Assembly: GCA_028823485.1 (NCBI GenBank)
Contig: JAPKBG010000003.1
Span: forward strand, 52,898 to 116,897
Source: Methylophilaceae bacterium
GTDB taxonomy: Bacteria > Pseudomonadota > Gammaproteobacteria > Burkholderiales > Methylophilaceae
Length of the DNA: 64,000 nt
Direction of reading: 5' to 3'
Shown: positions 37,453 through 46,759 of the stretch, piece after piece
Layout: every line of letters starts with the position of its first letter
Position numbering within the stretch: position 1 is the first letter of the stretch
Notes under the pieces: generated by a model
The model's input: the letters and a program-made list of their open reading frames with translations, nothing else
Told to the model about the DNA's origin: nothing
Database searches by the model: none
Position numbers and translations under genes: made by a program

Positions 37453-38667
37453 ATGTTTAAATCATTTTTTCCAGATTCACGCTGGTTTTGGCTTTCTGTG
37501 GTCGCATGGTCGGCAGTGTCTATTTTTGTTTGGTATTCATTTAATACGCAATTGGGTGCAATGCTGGGGCTGGATTTATCCAACACCGAACCAGTCATTG
37601 GCGTTGGTCACTTCTTCACCGATTCGTTTACCTTGTTCTATCTTTACTACGCCATTAGCCTCACGCTATTTGCGTTATTCTGGTTTCAGTTCACACCTAA
37701 TCGTTGGCTGGCGTGGTCTATTTTCGGCTCTGGTCTTATTCTGTTTTCCACTTACTTTTCAGTACAAGTTTCAGTCGCGATTAATAACTGGCGCAGACCC
37801 TTTTTTGACGCCGTGCAAAATGCACTGACAGCAGGGTCGACTGTCACTTCAAAACAATTGTATGGCCTCCTTATTCAGTTCGCAGAAGTTGCGTTTATTG
37901 CCATCGTCCTATTTGTACTAACGCGCTTTTTTGTCAGCCACTTTATCTTCCGCTGGCGTACAGCCATGAATGATTTCTATGTATCAAAGTGGGCAAAAGT
38001 CCGAGGCATAGAAGGCGCATCGCAACGGGTTCAAGAAGACACCATGCGCTTTGCCTCTATCATGGAAGAGCTAGGCGTTTCCATGGTGGAAGCAGTGATG
38101 ACACTATTCGCCTTTTTACCCGTGTTATGGGAGCTTTCCAAATATGTGTCCGAGCTACCCATCATTGGCCACATTGCCTCACCATTGTTTTATGCCTCAA
38201 TTGCATGGTCAATCTTCGGTACATTATTATTGGCTATCGTCGGTATCAAATTACCGGGATTAGAATTTAAAAACCAACGTGTAGAAGCCGCTTACCGAAA
38301 AGAGCTGGTTTACGGCGAGGATAATACTGATCGCGCACAACCAATCACGCTAAAAGAACTCTTTATTAATGTGCGTAAAAACTACTTTAAACTGTACTTC
38401 CACTACATGTACTTTAACGTTGCGCGATCCATGTACATTCAAGCGGATAATATCTTTGTCTATATCTTACTCGTGCCAACCATCGTCGCAGGTAAAATAA
38501 CTTTCGGCATCTTGCAACAAATCCTGACCGCTTTCTCACAAGTCAGCGAATCATTCCAATACCTCGTGAAATCATGGTACAAAATTGTAGAGATGCTTTC
38601 AGTGTATAAACGCCTCAACGCGTTCGAAGCAGTTATTCATGATGAAGCATTACCCGAGATTAATTAG
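37453..38667 (+). CDS. sbmA: SbmA/BacA-family peptide transporter
   Basis: Near-collinear match to E. coli SbmA: MFKSFFP..., HFIFRWRTAMNDFY, EGASQRVQEDTMRFAS, GIKLPGLEFKNQRVEAAYRKELVYGED, NYFKLYFHYMYFN. Confidence 0.9.
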   Translation: MFKSFFPDSRWFWLSVVAWSAVSIFVWYSFNTQLGAMLGLDLSNTEPVIGVGHFFTDSFTLFYLYYAISLTLFALFWFQFTPNRWLAWSIFGSGLILFSTYFSVQVSVAINNWRRPFFDAVQNALTAGSTVTSKQLYGLLIQFAEVAFIAIVLFVLTRFFVSHFIFRWRTAMNDFYVSKWAKVRGIEGASQRVQEDTMRFASIMEELGVSMVEAVMTLFAFLPVLWELSKYVSELPIIGHIASPLFYASIAWSIFGTLLLAIVGIKLPGLEFKNQRVEAAYRKELVYGEDNTDRAQPITLKELFINVRKNYFKLYFHYMYFNVARSMYIQADNIFVYILLVPTIVAGKITFGILQQILTAFSQVSESFQYLVKSWYKIVEMLSVYKRLNAFEAVIHDEALPEIN

Positions 38668-38701
38668 CTGCCTAGTTGATTACCGTTAGGTAGCAACCAA
38701 T

Positions 38702-38731
38702 AAAAAAGACGCGATAAAACGCGTCTTTTTT
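38702..38731 (+). terminator. rho-independent terminator after sbmA
   Basis: aaaaaagacgcg ataaaa cgcgtctttttt: a perfect stem flanked by A and T runs. Confidence 0.75.
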
Positions 38732-39121
38732 ATTACATACTCATTTACTTAGCATTAAGATCAGCAACCTGGTTTACATTTTCCCTGCTTATTTTTACCC
38801 GACTTAGATTGACTGGCCCCGTTCCACACCCGAATAAACTCAGCTTTGGTAATGGCTTTTACATTCAGCTCTTTTTGCAACGCACCATCAGCAGTATTCG
38901 CTTGCATACGATTATAGTTCGCCAAATATTTAGCATAAGCCTTATCTGGACCTCGCCCCTCAGTGAACTTAGTCCATAACTATTTTTTCGCTCTAAAAAA
39001 CATATCAACTCCACCAGTTTTACTGTTACTTCATTATAATCAAAATGCAACAAAGGTTAAGAACCGCTTGATTCAGTTTGGCTCTCAACTTAACGATGTA
39101 TCGACTCATATTAGGAAAAAC

Positions 39122-39940
39122 ATGCCGAACCACAAACGAGCAATCCATACTTTTTTATTGTTGTTGTTTATCACAATGCTCTCAGCATGCGTTAGTCAAA
39201 ACAGCCTGCTAGCAAACAACATTAAAGGCGAACAGCGTAGTGAGCAAAATCGTGTACGGGATTCCGCACGGCATCCATTACAAACACTTGCCTTTTTTGA
39301 GGTGAAGCCTAATGCCACCGTATTAGAAATATGGCCAGCCAAAGGTTGGTATACCGAAATACTTGCACCTACCATCAAGCAGGGCGGCGGGCAATATATC
39401 TCAGCTGGTGTGCCATTACATACAGGGCCAAAGTGGCGTCAAAATAGACGGCAGGAATACCACGACTATCTTGCCAGCAAGCCTGAATATTATGATGCCG
39501 TTCGCTTTGTTGAATTTGGCCCACCGTCTTTCTGGTCACTCGGTGAAGACAATAGTGTCGACACAGTATTAACTTTCAGAAATGTGCACAACTGGGTAAA
39601 AGGTGGCTATCAGGAAAAGATATTCCAAGCCATGTTTTCCGTCCTGAAATCAGGTGGCATACTTGGTGTGATTGATCACAGAGCAAAGCCCAATACCGAC
39701 ATTGAGACCATGAAAAAAACAGGCTATATGACAGAGCAATACGTCATTGCATTAGCGCAACAAGCAGGCTTTGTATTTGATAGTGCATCGGAAATCAATG
39801 CCAACCCAAAAGATACAAAAGACTACGAAAAAGGCGTTTGGACATTGCCGCCAAGATTACGCTTAGGTTATACTGATCTAGAAAAGTATACCGCTATTGG
39901 TGAAAGCGATCGGATGACGCTTAAGTTTAAAAAGCCATAG
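39122..39940 (+). CDS. class I SAM-dependent methyltransferase lipoprotein (COG4798-like)
   Basis: AGGAAA RBS. MPNHKRAIHTFLLLLFITMLSAC lipobox. ...RHPLQTLAFFEVKPNATVLEIWPAKGWYTEILAP... The ORF-track N-terminal extension is rejected. Confidence 0.75.
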   Translation: MPNHKRAIHTFLLLLFITMLSACVSQNSLLANNIKGEQRSEQNRVRDSARHPLQTLAFFEVKPNATVLEIWPAKGWYTEILAPTIKQGGGQYISAGVPLHTGPKWRQNRRQEYHDYLASKPEYYDAVRFVEFGPPSFWSLGEDNSVDTVLTFRNVHNWVKGGYQEKIFQAMFSVLKSGGILGVIDHRAKPNTDIETMKKTGYMTEQYVIALAQQAGFVFDSASEINANPKDTKDYEKGVWTLPPRLRLGYTDLEKYTAIGESDRMTLKFKKP

Positions 39941-39950
39941 CGCAGAACAG

Positions 39951-40184
39951 TTAATCGTCTCTCAACATTTTCAGATAAAGCCCCTCAACCCGCTCACGTG
40001 CCCAAGGGGTTTTACGTAAAAAGGTTAAGCTGGATTTAATGCTCGGATCATGGCTAAAGCAATTGATGGGAACCGCTTTTTCTAAACCCACCCACCCATA
40101 ATGGGCTACTAGCTCAGTCACGATGGTCTTGAGTGTAATGCCATGTAATGGATTGTTATGTTGCGGATGTAATGAGTTGGTCAT
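39951..40184 (-). CDS. VF530 / DUF2132 family DNA-binding protein
   Basis: [22 protein letters not shown].....[28 protein letters not shown]: the family signature. Confidence 0.75.
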   Translation of the reverse strand: MTNSLHPQHNNPLHGITLKTIVTELVAHYGWVGLEKAVPINCFSHDPSIKSSLTFLRKTPWARERVEGLYLKMLRDD

Positions 40185-40217
40185 GATTGAATCATAACTT
40201 AAATACCGCTAAGCAGC

Positions 40218-40943
40218 TGTGAGATTGGGCCACTCATTAACTGTTTTTTAATCGCCTGCGTTATTTTCCCATTATGTTTTAAGGAGGTTTTACATGAAGA
40301 TATTAAGATTTACTAACAATCAGATTATGCAGATTTTAAAGCAAGCAGAAGCTGGCGATGCCAAAACAAATGAATGAAGTGTGGTCAATGGACTTTATGC
40401 ATGACCAGTTATCAGATGGTCGTTCGGTTAGGTTGTTTAATGTGATTGATGATTTTAACCGTGAGGGTTTATGTATTGATGAGGATTTCTCGTTGCCGTC
40501 TGAGCGTATGATCCGGTCTTTGGATTAAATCATTAAATGGCGCGGCGCACCAACGGCTATTTGCTGTGACAACGGCTGTGAGTACATCAGTGCAACGACA
40601 GTGGAGTGGGCTAAGAAGCGCGGCATCCGCATTGATTTTATTCAGCTAGGCAATCCACAACAGTATGCTTATGTGCAAAGGTATAACAGAACGGTGTGAT
40701 ATGAATGGCTAGCGCATCACTTGTTTGAAAGCGTTGATGAGGCCGTAAAGGTCTTCCCAGTAGAATATACCAGCTGAAGCTGGTTATTCGTGCTTAAAAG
40801 TACAGCAATTTGCCACAGATTGGCTATGGACATACAATCACGAACCCCCAACATGGCATTGGGTGGCATGATCCCAAAAAAAAGTTAGCTTTGGCCGCTT
40901 AGTTTCTACTTTAAGCTGCAGTTAATAATGAGGGAATTACACA
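40218..40943 (+). mobile_element. internally deleted, frameshifted IS3-family insertion sequence relic with recognisable terminal inverted repeats
   Basis: IRL tgtgagattgggccactcattaactg (40218-) versus the rc of IRR tgtgtaattccctcattattaactg (-40943). orfA start [21 protein letters not shown]. orfB pieces [31 protein letters not shown]..., CDNGCEYIS..., FIQLGNPQQYAYVQRYNRTV*, WLWTYNHE, with stops and frameshifts. About 0.73 kb versus about 1.2-1.3 kb for intact members. Confidence 0.75.
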
Positions 40944-40954
40944 CCTACCCTTCA

Positions 40955-41029
40955 TTACTTCGCTGGAACTGGTAACTTTGCCTTCTTAGGTTTCTTCGTT
41001 TCCTTATTACTTTTCTGACTTTTACCCAT
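40955..41029 (-). CDS. possible 24-aa lysine-rich small protein
   Basis: AGGAG 7 nt upstream of the ATG. MGKSQKSNKETKKPKKAKLPVPAK*. No homology evidence. Confidence 0.3.
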   Translation of the reverse strand: MGKSQKSNKETKKPKKAKLPVPAK

Positions 41030-41136
41030 GATGATACTCCTGTTGTGTAAGATTAGCCCATCATAGGCTGATGGTGGAAATAAGGTTAACTAATTAATGC
41101 AGACTAAGTGTAATTAACCACGTATTATCAAACCAT

Positions 41137-42000
41137 ATGAAAACACCACCAAGATTACTACCACTGCTAGAAGATGGCTTAATTGATAATGTCTCTCGAC
41201 AGCTGATGAGTGGCAAAGAAGCAACAGTATATGTCGTACAAAGTGGCGACAATGTCCTTTGCGCTAAGGTGTATAAAGAAGCGAATAAACGCAGCTTTCG
41301 GCAAAGTGTTGATTACACCGAAGGGCGTAAAGTTAAAAATAGTCGCAAATCACGGGCGATGGATAAAGGTTCAAAATACGGTAAACAAGCGCAAGAAGAA
41401 GCATGGCAAAGTGCAGAGGTCGATGCCTTATATCGGCTGGCCGATGCTGGTGTGACCGTACCAAAGCCGTATAACTTTTACGAAGGTGTGTTGCTGATGG
41501 AGCTGGTCACTGATGAGACTGGTAACGCAGCGCCTAGGCTCAATGACTTAAGCTTTACCGCAGAAGTAGCACGCCTACATCATCAGTCTCTCATCAAAGA
41601 AGTCGTCCGCATGCTCTGCGCTGGCATTGTGCATGGCGACTTATCAGAGTTCAACATACTGCTGGGTGAAAGTGGCCCTGTCATTATTGACCTGCCACAA
41701 GCTGTCGATGCCTCAGGTAACAATCACGCCAAGGACATGCTCTATCGCGACGTCAACAACCTAGCCGCCTTCTTCGGCCAATTCGCTCCAGAGCTACTCA
41801 ATACCCAATACGGCAAAGAGATTTGGGCGCTTTATGCAAAAGGCGCGCTATCCCTAGAAGTGGAATTAACAGGCCGCGTGAAAGAAAATCACAAGGCTGT
41901 AGATTTAAAAAGTGTTGTTAATGAGATTGATGCAATACGCGAACAAGAGGAAGCGCGGCAACTACGTATGCTAGAAGCGAGAAATACGCCTCCTAACTAA
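41137..42000 (+). CDS. RIO1-family serine protein kinase
   Basis: ...LMSGKEATVYVV......CAKVYKE...RSF....Y..GR...NSR...A, then IVHGDLSEFNIL and IIDLPQAV catalytic/metal-binding motifs. Confidence 0.85.
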   Translation: MKTPPRLLPLLEDGLIDNVSRQLMSGKEATVYVVQSGDNVLCAKVYKEANKRSFRQSVDYTEGRKVKNSRKSRAMDKGSKYGKQAQEEAWQSAEVDALYRLADAGVTVPKPYNFYEGVLLMELVTDETGNAAPRLNDLSFTAEVARLHHQSLIKEVVRMLCAGIVHGDLSEFNILLGESGPVIIDLPQAVDASGNNHAKDMLYRDVNNLAAFFGQFAPELLNTQYGKEIWALYAKGALSLEVELTGRVKENHKAVDLKSVVNEIDAIREQEEARQLRMLEARNTPPN

Positions 42001-42099
42001 ATGACTACTTTCTTATAATTCTATTGTTCGTTGACTGCTTTTTAATCGCTTGTGCTACTTCATCGGCTAACTCTTCATTGCTAACTGCACGTGCTAGCG

Positions 42100-42183
42100 T
42101 AGCAGGGTGGGCAACTTGCTTACCCCCGCGTAGCAATCATTAAAAAGTCACCAATTCGTGGGCAGAATCTGCCCACCCTACTA
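42100..42183. repeat. REP-like palindromic element (GTGGGCA units)
   Basis: gcagggtgggcaa (42102-42114) is inverted relative to tgcccaccctac (42170-42181). Perfect 8-bp hairpin gtgggcag-aat-ctgcccac at 42158-42176. Confidence 0.45.
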
Positions 42184-42260
42184 AGCCGATTATTTGGTAA
42201 GATTGTTCCCTAAAAACTGGCTTCAACGCCTCAACCAATATAGAAATACAACATCACAAC

Positions 42261-43130
42261 ATGGTTCAATATAACCCCAAAGACTGGCTGACTTTTATCT
42301 TCCGATTTCACGAATCGGCTACTTTTCGGCAACTGATTCCAATGATGATACTCATTGGTTTGTACTCAGGCGCCATTGCTTATTTGGAGATTGAGTATTG
42401 GCAGTTATCTGAAAATAGCCATGTGAAGAACATTCCTTTACTGCACACCACTGTCGGTTTTGTATTGTCATTATTATTGGCTTACCGAACCAACACCGCC
42501 TATGAGCGTTGGTGGGAAGGCAGAAAACTATGGGGCGCTTTGGTCAACAACAGCCGTAATCTGGCACTTAAACTTTCTGCTTATTTGTCAGATGAAAGCG
42601 ACCGCAATTTCTTTAAAAATGCGATTCCGACTTATGCTGCGGTTCTAGCTGAACATTTAGCCAATGAAGAAGTCAGCAAGATGTTGTTTGACGACTTAGA
42701 TTTAAATATCGACCACCAAAAGCACAGCCCCAACCAAGTAGCAAAACTCTTATTCAAAAGAGCCAATGATCTCTATACCTCAGGCAAAATAACGGGCGAC
42801 CAGTTTTATATCATCAATGCAGAACTACAATCATTTACCGATATTTGTGGCGCTTGCGAACGCATAAAAAATACGCCCATTCCCTATTCTTACAGTGCTT
42901 TTATTAAAAAATTCATTTTCTTCTACATTATGACGCTGCCGTTTGGCTATGTGTTTAGTTTGGGTTATTACGTCATTCCAGTGGTTGTGTTTATTTTCTA
43001 TGTATTAGCTAGTTTAGAGTTGATTGCCGAGGAAATAGAAGACCCTTTTGGAGATGATAAAAATGACTTACCAACCAAAAAAATGGCTGCCAATATTAAG
43101 AAGCATGTGGAAGAGTTATTTCACAGCTGA
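42261..43130 (+). CDS. bestrophin-family anion channel (UPF0187/YneE)
   Basis: ...LLAYRTNTAYERWWEGRKLWG.LVN.SRN..., ...ERI.NTPIPYSYS..., and ...EEIEDPFG.D.NDLP. Confidence 0.85.
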   Translation: MVQYNPKDWLTFIFRFHESATFRQLIPMMILIGLYSGAIAYLEIEYWQLSENSHVKNIPLLHTTVGFVLSLLLAYRTNTAYERWWEGRKLWGALVNNSRNLALKLSAYLSDESDRNFFKNAIPTYAAVLAEHLANEEVSKMLFDDLDLNIDHQKHSPNQVAKLLFKRANDLYTSGKITGDQFYIINAELQSFTDICGACERIKNTPIPYSYSAFIKKFIFFYIMTLPFGYVFSLGYYVIPVVVFIFYVLASLELIAEEIEDPFGDDKNDLPTKKMAANIKKHVEELFHS

Positions 43131-43189
43131 CTTTCTCAATCGACTTGGCGGTTTACCGCCTAGCGAGGTTGGGGGTGTTAAGGAAAACT

Positions 43190-43402
43190 TTAATAATGCG
43201 GCGGTATCTCTTGCTGCTGTCCATTATCCTGCCCTGAGCTTTGCATGCTATGCATTTGCACGATAATCGACTCAACCGTGCGCTCTAGTTTTGCAATTTG
43301 GCCTTGTTGATCAGTAATGACTTGGTTAAGGTTTTCCAATAAGTCTTCTTGAAATGCCAGCTTCGTTTGTAATTCTATAATTGCTTCTTCGTTATTTTCC
43401 AT
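43190..43402 (-). CDS. slyX: SlyX family protein
   Basis: IELQTKLAFQEDLLENLNQVITDQQGQIAKLE matches the SlyX coiled-coil. Start set at MENNEE. Confidence 0.8.
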   Translation of the reverse strand: MENNEEAIIELQTKLAFQEDLLENLNQVITDQQGQIAKLERTVESIIVQMHSMQSSGQDNGQQQEIPPHY

Positions 43403-43507
43403 TAGTCGCACCATCTAATAAATCAATCAATAGGGCAAACGTAAAATTAAACTTCACTTCTAAACCGGGTGATGTGAACGTAACGGTTGCTATGAGTAGA
43501 ACCAAGT

Positions 43508-43538
43508 AAAAAGCCAGCTTAACACTGGCTTTATTTTT
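43508..43538. terminator. rho-independent terminator after nrdJb
   Basis: agccag / ctggct stem flanked by A and T runs. Confidence 0.55.
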
Positions 43539-43540
43539 AA

Positions 43541-44233
43541 CTAACCACACTTACTTTCACCACAGTTCAAGCAAGTCAAACACCCATCCATGACGATACT
43601 GGCTTTGGTATTACATTTATGACAAAGCTGTGCGCCTTTTGGGAAGCCTTCGGCATTCATTTCTTCGCCTGCTTCGGCATGATTTTCTAGGTATTCTGCT
43701 TTTTTCTCATCAACGAGTTTTTGTTGATGTTCGTCTAGGCCTGGTTTTTCTAGCATACCGATGTTTTGTAGATGCTTCTCTACCACTTCACCGATTTCTG
43801 CTACTAGACTAGGGACGAACTTACCGCCTTTTTTAAAGTAACCGCCACTTGGTTCGAATACGCTTTTTAGCTCTTCTACCAAGAAAGTGACATCACCACC
43901 TTTACGGAACACAGCTGACATGACTCGCGTTAGTGCAACGATCCACTGGAAGTGCTCCATGTTTTTAGAGTTAATAAATACTTCAAACGGACGGCGATGC
44001 TCTTGCTCTGTGCCTGCGTTCATCACGATATCGTTAATCGTAATATAAAGCGCATGCTCTGTAACAGGCGTTTTAATTTTGTAGGTATTACCTACTAACT
44101 CTTCTGGACGGCTTAACGGCTCACCCATTTGCACCACATTGCTTTTCGCCGCTACTGCTTTGGCTTTTTCTTCCTCAGTCTCTGGTGTGACTAAGTTGTA
44201 TGCGGTGATTTTCTTTTCAATTTTAATTGCCAT
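43541..44233 (-). CDS. nrdJb: B12-dependent ribonucleotide reductase, C-terminal (NrdJb / TSCPD domain) polypeptide
   Basis: 230 aa. ...YKIKTP..EHALYITINDI.....RPFEVFINSKN.EH.QW..ALTR..SAVFR.GGD (TSCPD). C-terminal Cys cluster CHKCNTK...DGCLTCLNCGESKCG. Confidence 0.8.
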   Translation of the reverse strand: MAIKIEKKITAYNLVTPETEEEKAKAVAAKSNVVQMGEPLSRPEELVGNTYKIKTPVTEHALYITINDIVMNAGTEQEHRRPFEVFINSKNMEHFQWIVALTRVMSAVFRKGGDVTFLVEELKSVFEPSGGYFKKGGKFVPSLVAEIGEVVEKHLQNIGMLEKPGLDEHQQKLVDEKKAEYLENHAEAGEEMNAEGFPKGAQLCHKCNTKASIVMDGCLTCLNCGESKCG

Positions 44234-44464
44234 TTTCTTTTCTCCTAGTGAGCTATCTCACGACCCTTTTGGGTTTTATTTAATTCAGTTTTTACTATTC
44301 AATTAATATTGCTACTTTAACCATTCTTAAAATTCTAGCGTTTAAGCATCGCGAGCGGACGGAGTGCAAGGCAAAAAATTATTTTGACCCGGAATGTACA
44401 TTTAAGTACATGAGGATTTAAAACGATTTTTTAACACCGCAATCCTAAGCGCAGCAGCTTAAAA

Positions 44465-46633
44465 CTAGAACTTTCCGTAGTAGCCTTCTTTTAAGGCATC
44501 GTAGAGATTGGCTGCTGTGTGAATCTCCCCATCATACTCAATCTCTTCATTACCCTTGGCTTCCACTTCTGTGCCGTCTTCCAAAGTAAATTTATACGTG
44601 GTGCTTTCTAAATCTTTCTCTGTCACCAATACGCCTTGGAAGGCTTCTGGGTTGAAACGGAAAGTCGTACAACCTTTCAAGCCTTTATCGTATGCATATA
44701 GATAGATGTTTTTGAATTCTTCAAAGTCATACTCTGTAGGCACGTTAATGGTTTTTGAAATTGAGCTGTCAATCCACTTTTGTGCAGCAGCTTGAATATC
44801 CACATGCGCTTTGGCTTTAATGCTTGAAGAGTCCATAAAATACTCTGGTAGTTTCTCTTCTTCTGATTCACCGAAAGGCATCGCACGTGAATTAATCAAC
44901 TCACGGTAAGCCAATAGCTCGAATGAGAAAACGTCGACTTTCTCTTTCGATTTTTTACCTTCACGAATAACGTTACGTGCGTAGTGATGAGCAAAGCTAG
45001 GCTCAATACCGTTACTTGCATTATTCGCCAATGAAAGTGAAATCGTACCTGTTGGTGCGATTGAGCTGTGATGCGTAAAGCGTACACCTTTGTCTGCGAT
45101 TTGATCACGCAGGCCGACTGGGAACTGCTGCATGTAGCGGCTGTATTTACCGATTAAGACTTTACCAGCAATCTTGTTGCCGACTTTAATACCATCCGCT
45201 GCCATCTCTGGGCGTTTCGCTAGCATGTCTGCTGTCACTGTGAATTTCTCATTCATGATTGGCGCTGGGCCTTTTTCATCAGCCAGTTGCACGCCTGTTT
45301 CCCAGCCGATTTCAGCCATAATGCGTGTCACTTCTTCTGTGAATTTAATTGAATCATCATCACCGTATTTTTGCTGCAACATAGTCATGGTTGAACCAAG
45401 ACCTAAATAACCCATGCCATGACGGCGTTTACGCGCTATTTCTTGACGTTGCTTTTCTAATGGTAAACCGTTAATTTCGACGACGTTATCTAACATTCTA
45501 GTGAAGATAGTCACTACTTTTCGATATGAAGCCCAGTCGAATGTGGCTTCTGGCGTGAATGGGTTCTTCACAAACTTGGTTAAATTAACTGAGCCAAGTA
45601 AGCAAGCACCGTATGGTGGTAATGGTTGCTCACCACATGGGTTAGTTGCGCGGATGTTTTCGCAGAACCAGTTGTTGTTCATTTCATTGACACGATCAAT
45701 CAGGATAAAGCCTGGCTCTGCAAAGTCGTAGGTGCTGGACATAATCACATCCCACAAGCGCTGCGCTTTAATCGTTTTGTAAATGCGGCAAGCCACTTTA
45801 CCAGCGTCTATGCCTTTTTCTTTAGTGAGATATTTATCTTTAATTGGCCATTCTCGCCAAACAACTTGATCTTGATTGTTAGTATCAAGGCCATCAACAA
45901 TCGCTTCTTTTTCTGTCACTGGGAAAGCAAGTTTCCAATCAGCGTCGGCTTTAACCGCTTCCATGAACTCTTTAGTGATGAGGCATGAAAGATTAAATTG
46001 ACGTAGACGACCATCTTCACGTTTCGCTTTGATGAAGTCACCAACATCAGGATGGCTAATATCGAATGTCGCCATTTGCGCGCCACGACGGCCACCAGCT
46101 GATGACACAGTGAAACACATTTTGTCGTAGATATCCATGAAGGAGAGTGGGCCAGAAGTCACTGCACCAGCACCTGCAACGAATGCGCCTTTTGGACGTA
46201 ATGTAGAGAACTCGTAACCAATACCGCAACCTGCTTTAAGCGTTAAGCCCGCCTCGTGTACTTTATTCAACACGTCGTCCATGCTGTCTTCAACCACACC
46301 TGATACGGTACAGTTAATGGTAGAAGTCGCTGGCTTGTGCTCTAGCGCGCCTGCATTAGAAGTAATACGGCCAGCCGGAATCGCACCGTGGCGTAATGCC
46401 CATAGGAACTTTTCATTCCACTCTGCGCGTTTTTCATCTGTCTCTTCTACATCTGCGAGTGCTTTTGCAACACGGGCATAAGAGTCATCTATATTTTGAT
46501 CAACATGCTCACCATTTTTAGTTTTAAGACAATACTTTTTATCCCAAATATCGAGTGAAACATCCTGCATTGGAATTTCTTGTACGTCTGATGCTGACGC
46601 TGACTTCTTGGCTGACTCTACTGCTTTTAGCAT
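44465..46633 (-). CDS. nrdJa: adenosylcobalamin-dependent ribonucleoside-diphosphate reductase, catalytic polypeptide
   Basis: 722 aa. Class II RNR motifs: ...INCTVSG (redox Cys), NPCGEQPLPPYGACLLGS (thiyl Cys loop), IAPTGTIS, SKTINVP. Confidence 0.9.
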   Translation of the reverse strand: MLKAVESAKKSASASDVQEIPMQDVSLDIWDKKYCLKTKNGEHVDQNIDDSYARVAKALADVEETDEKRAEWNEKFLWALRHGAIPAGRITSNAGALEHKPATSTINCTVSGVVEDSMDDVLNKVHEAGLTLKAGCGIGYEFSTLRPKGAFVAGAGAVTSGPLSFMDIYDKMCFTVSSAGGRRGAQMATFDISHPDVGDFIKAKREDGRLRQFNLSCLITKEFMEAVKADADWKLAFPVTEKEAIVDGLDTNNQDQVVWREWPIKDKYLTKEKGIDAGKVACRIYKTIKAQRLWDVIMSSTYDFAEPGFILIDRVNEMNNNWFCENIRATNPCGEQPLPPYGACLLGSVNLTKFVKNPFTPEATFDWASYRKVVTIFTRMLDNVVEINGLPLEKQRQEIARKRRHGMGYLGLGSTMTMLQQKYGDDDSIKFTEEVTRIMAEIGWETGVQLADEKGPAPIMNEKFTVTADMLAKRPEMAADGIKVGNKIAGKVLIGKYSRYMQQFPVGLRDQIADKGVRFTHHSSIAPTGTISLSLANNASNGIEPSFAHHYARNVIREGKKSKEKVDVFSFELLAYRELINSRAMPFGESEEEKLPEYFMDSSSIKAKAHVDIQAAAQKWIDSSISKTINVPTEYDFEEFKNIYLYAYDKGLKGCTTFRFNPEAFQGVLVTEKDLESTTYKFTLEDGTEVEAKGNEEIEYDGEIHTAANLYDALKEGYYGKF

Positions 46634-46743
46634 TATTACTCCCGTTTTTATTGTGTATATACCGTAGCTTGTACGGTACTCTCCCTAAGGTTTTGATTTA
46701 TATAAATATTCACTATTTACATCAATCAAAATCTCACCTCTCA

Positions 46744-46759
46744 ACACAAGATGTTGTGC
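46744..46759. promoter_or_regulatory. candidate NrdR box upstream of nrdJa
   Basis: acacaagatgttgtgc matches the 16-bp NrdR palindrome consensus acaCwAtATaTwGtgt at about 13/16 positions. It lies about 110-125 bp upstream of the nrdJa ATG. Confidence 0.4.

Noticed and set aside
38963-39121. N-terminal 53-codon extension of the methyltransferase ORF in the track.
   Set aside because: The internal ATG at 39122 has an AGGAAA RBS and starts a classical lipoprotein signal peptide. The extension is AT-rich and featureless, and overlaps a minus-strand ORF remnant.
44234-44464. The idea that the nrdJa-nrdJb spacer is a remnant intein, homing endonuclease or group I/II intron.
   Set aside because: No ORF fragments, no intein block motifs and no recognisable intron core structure are visible by eye. 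It is kept only as an unexplained structured spacer.
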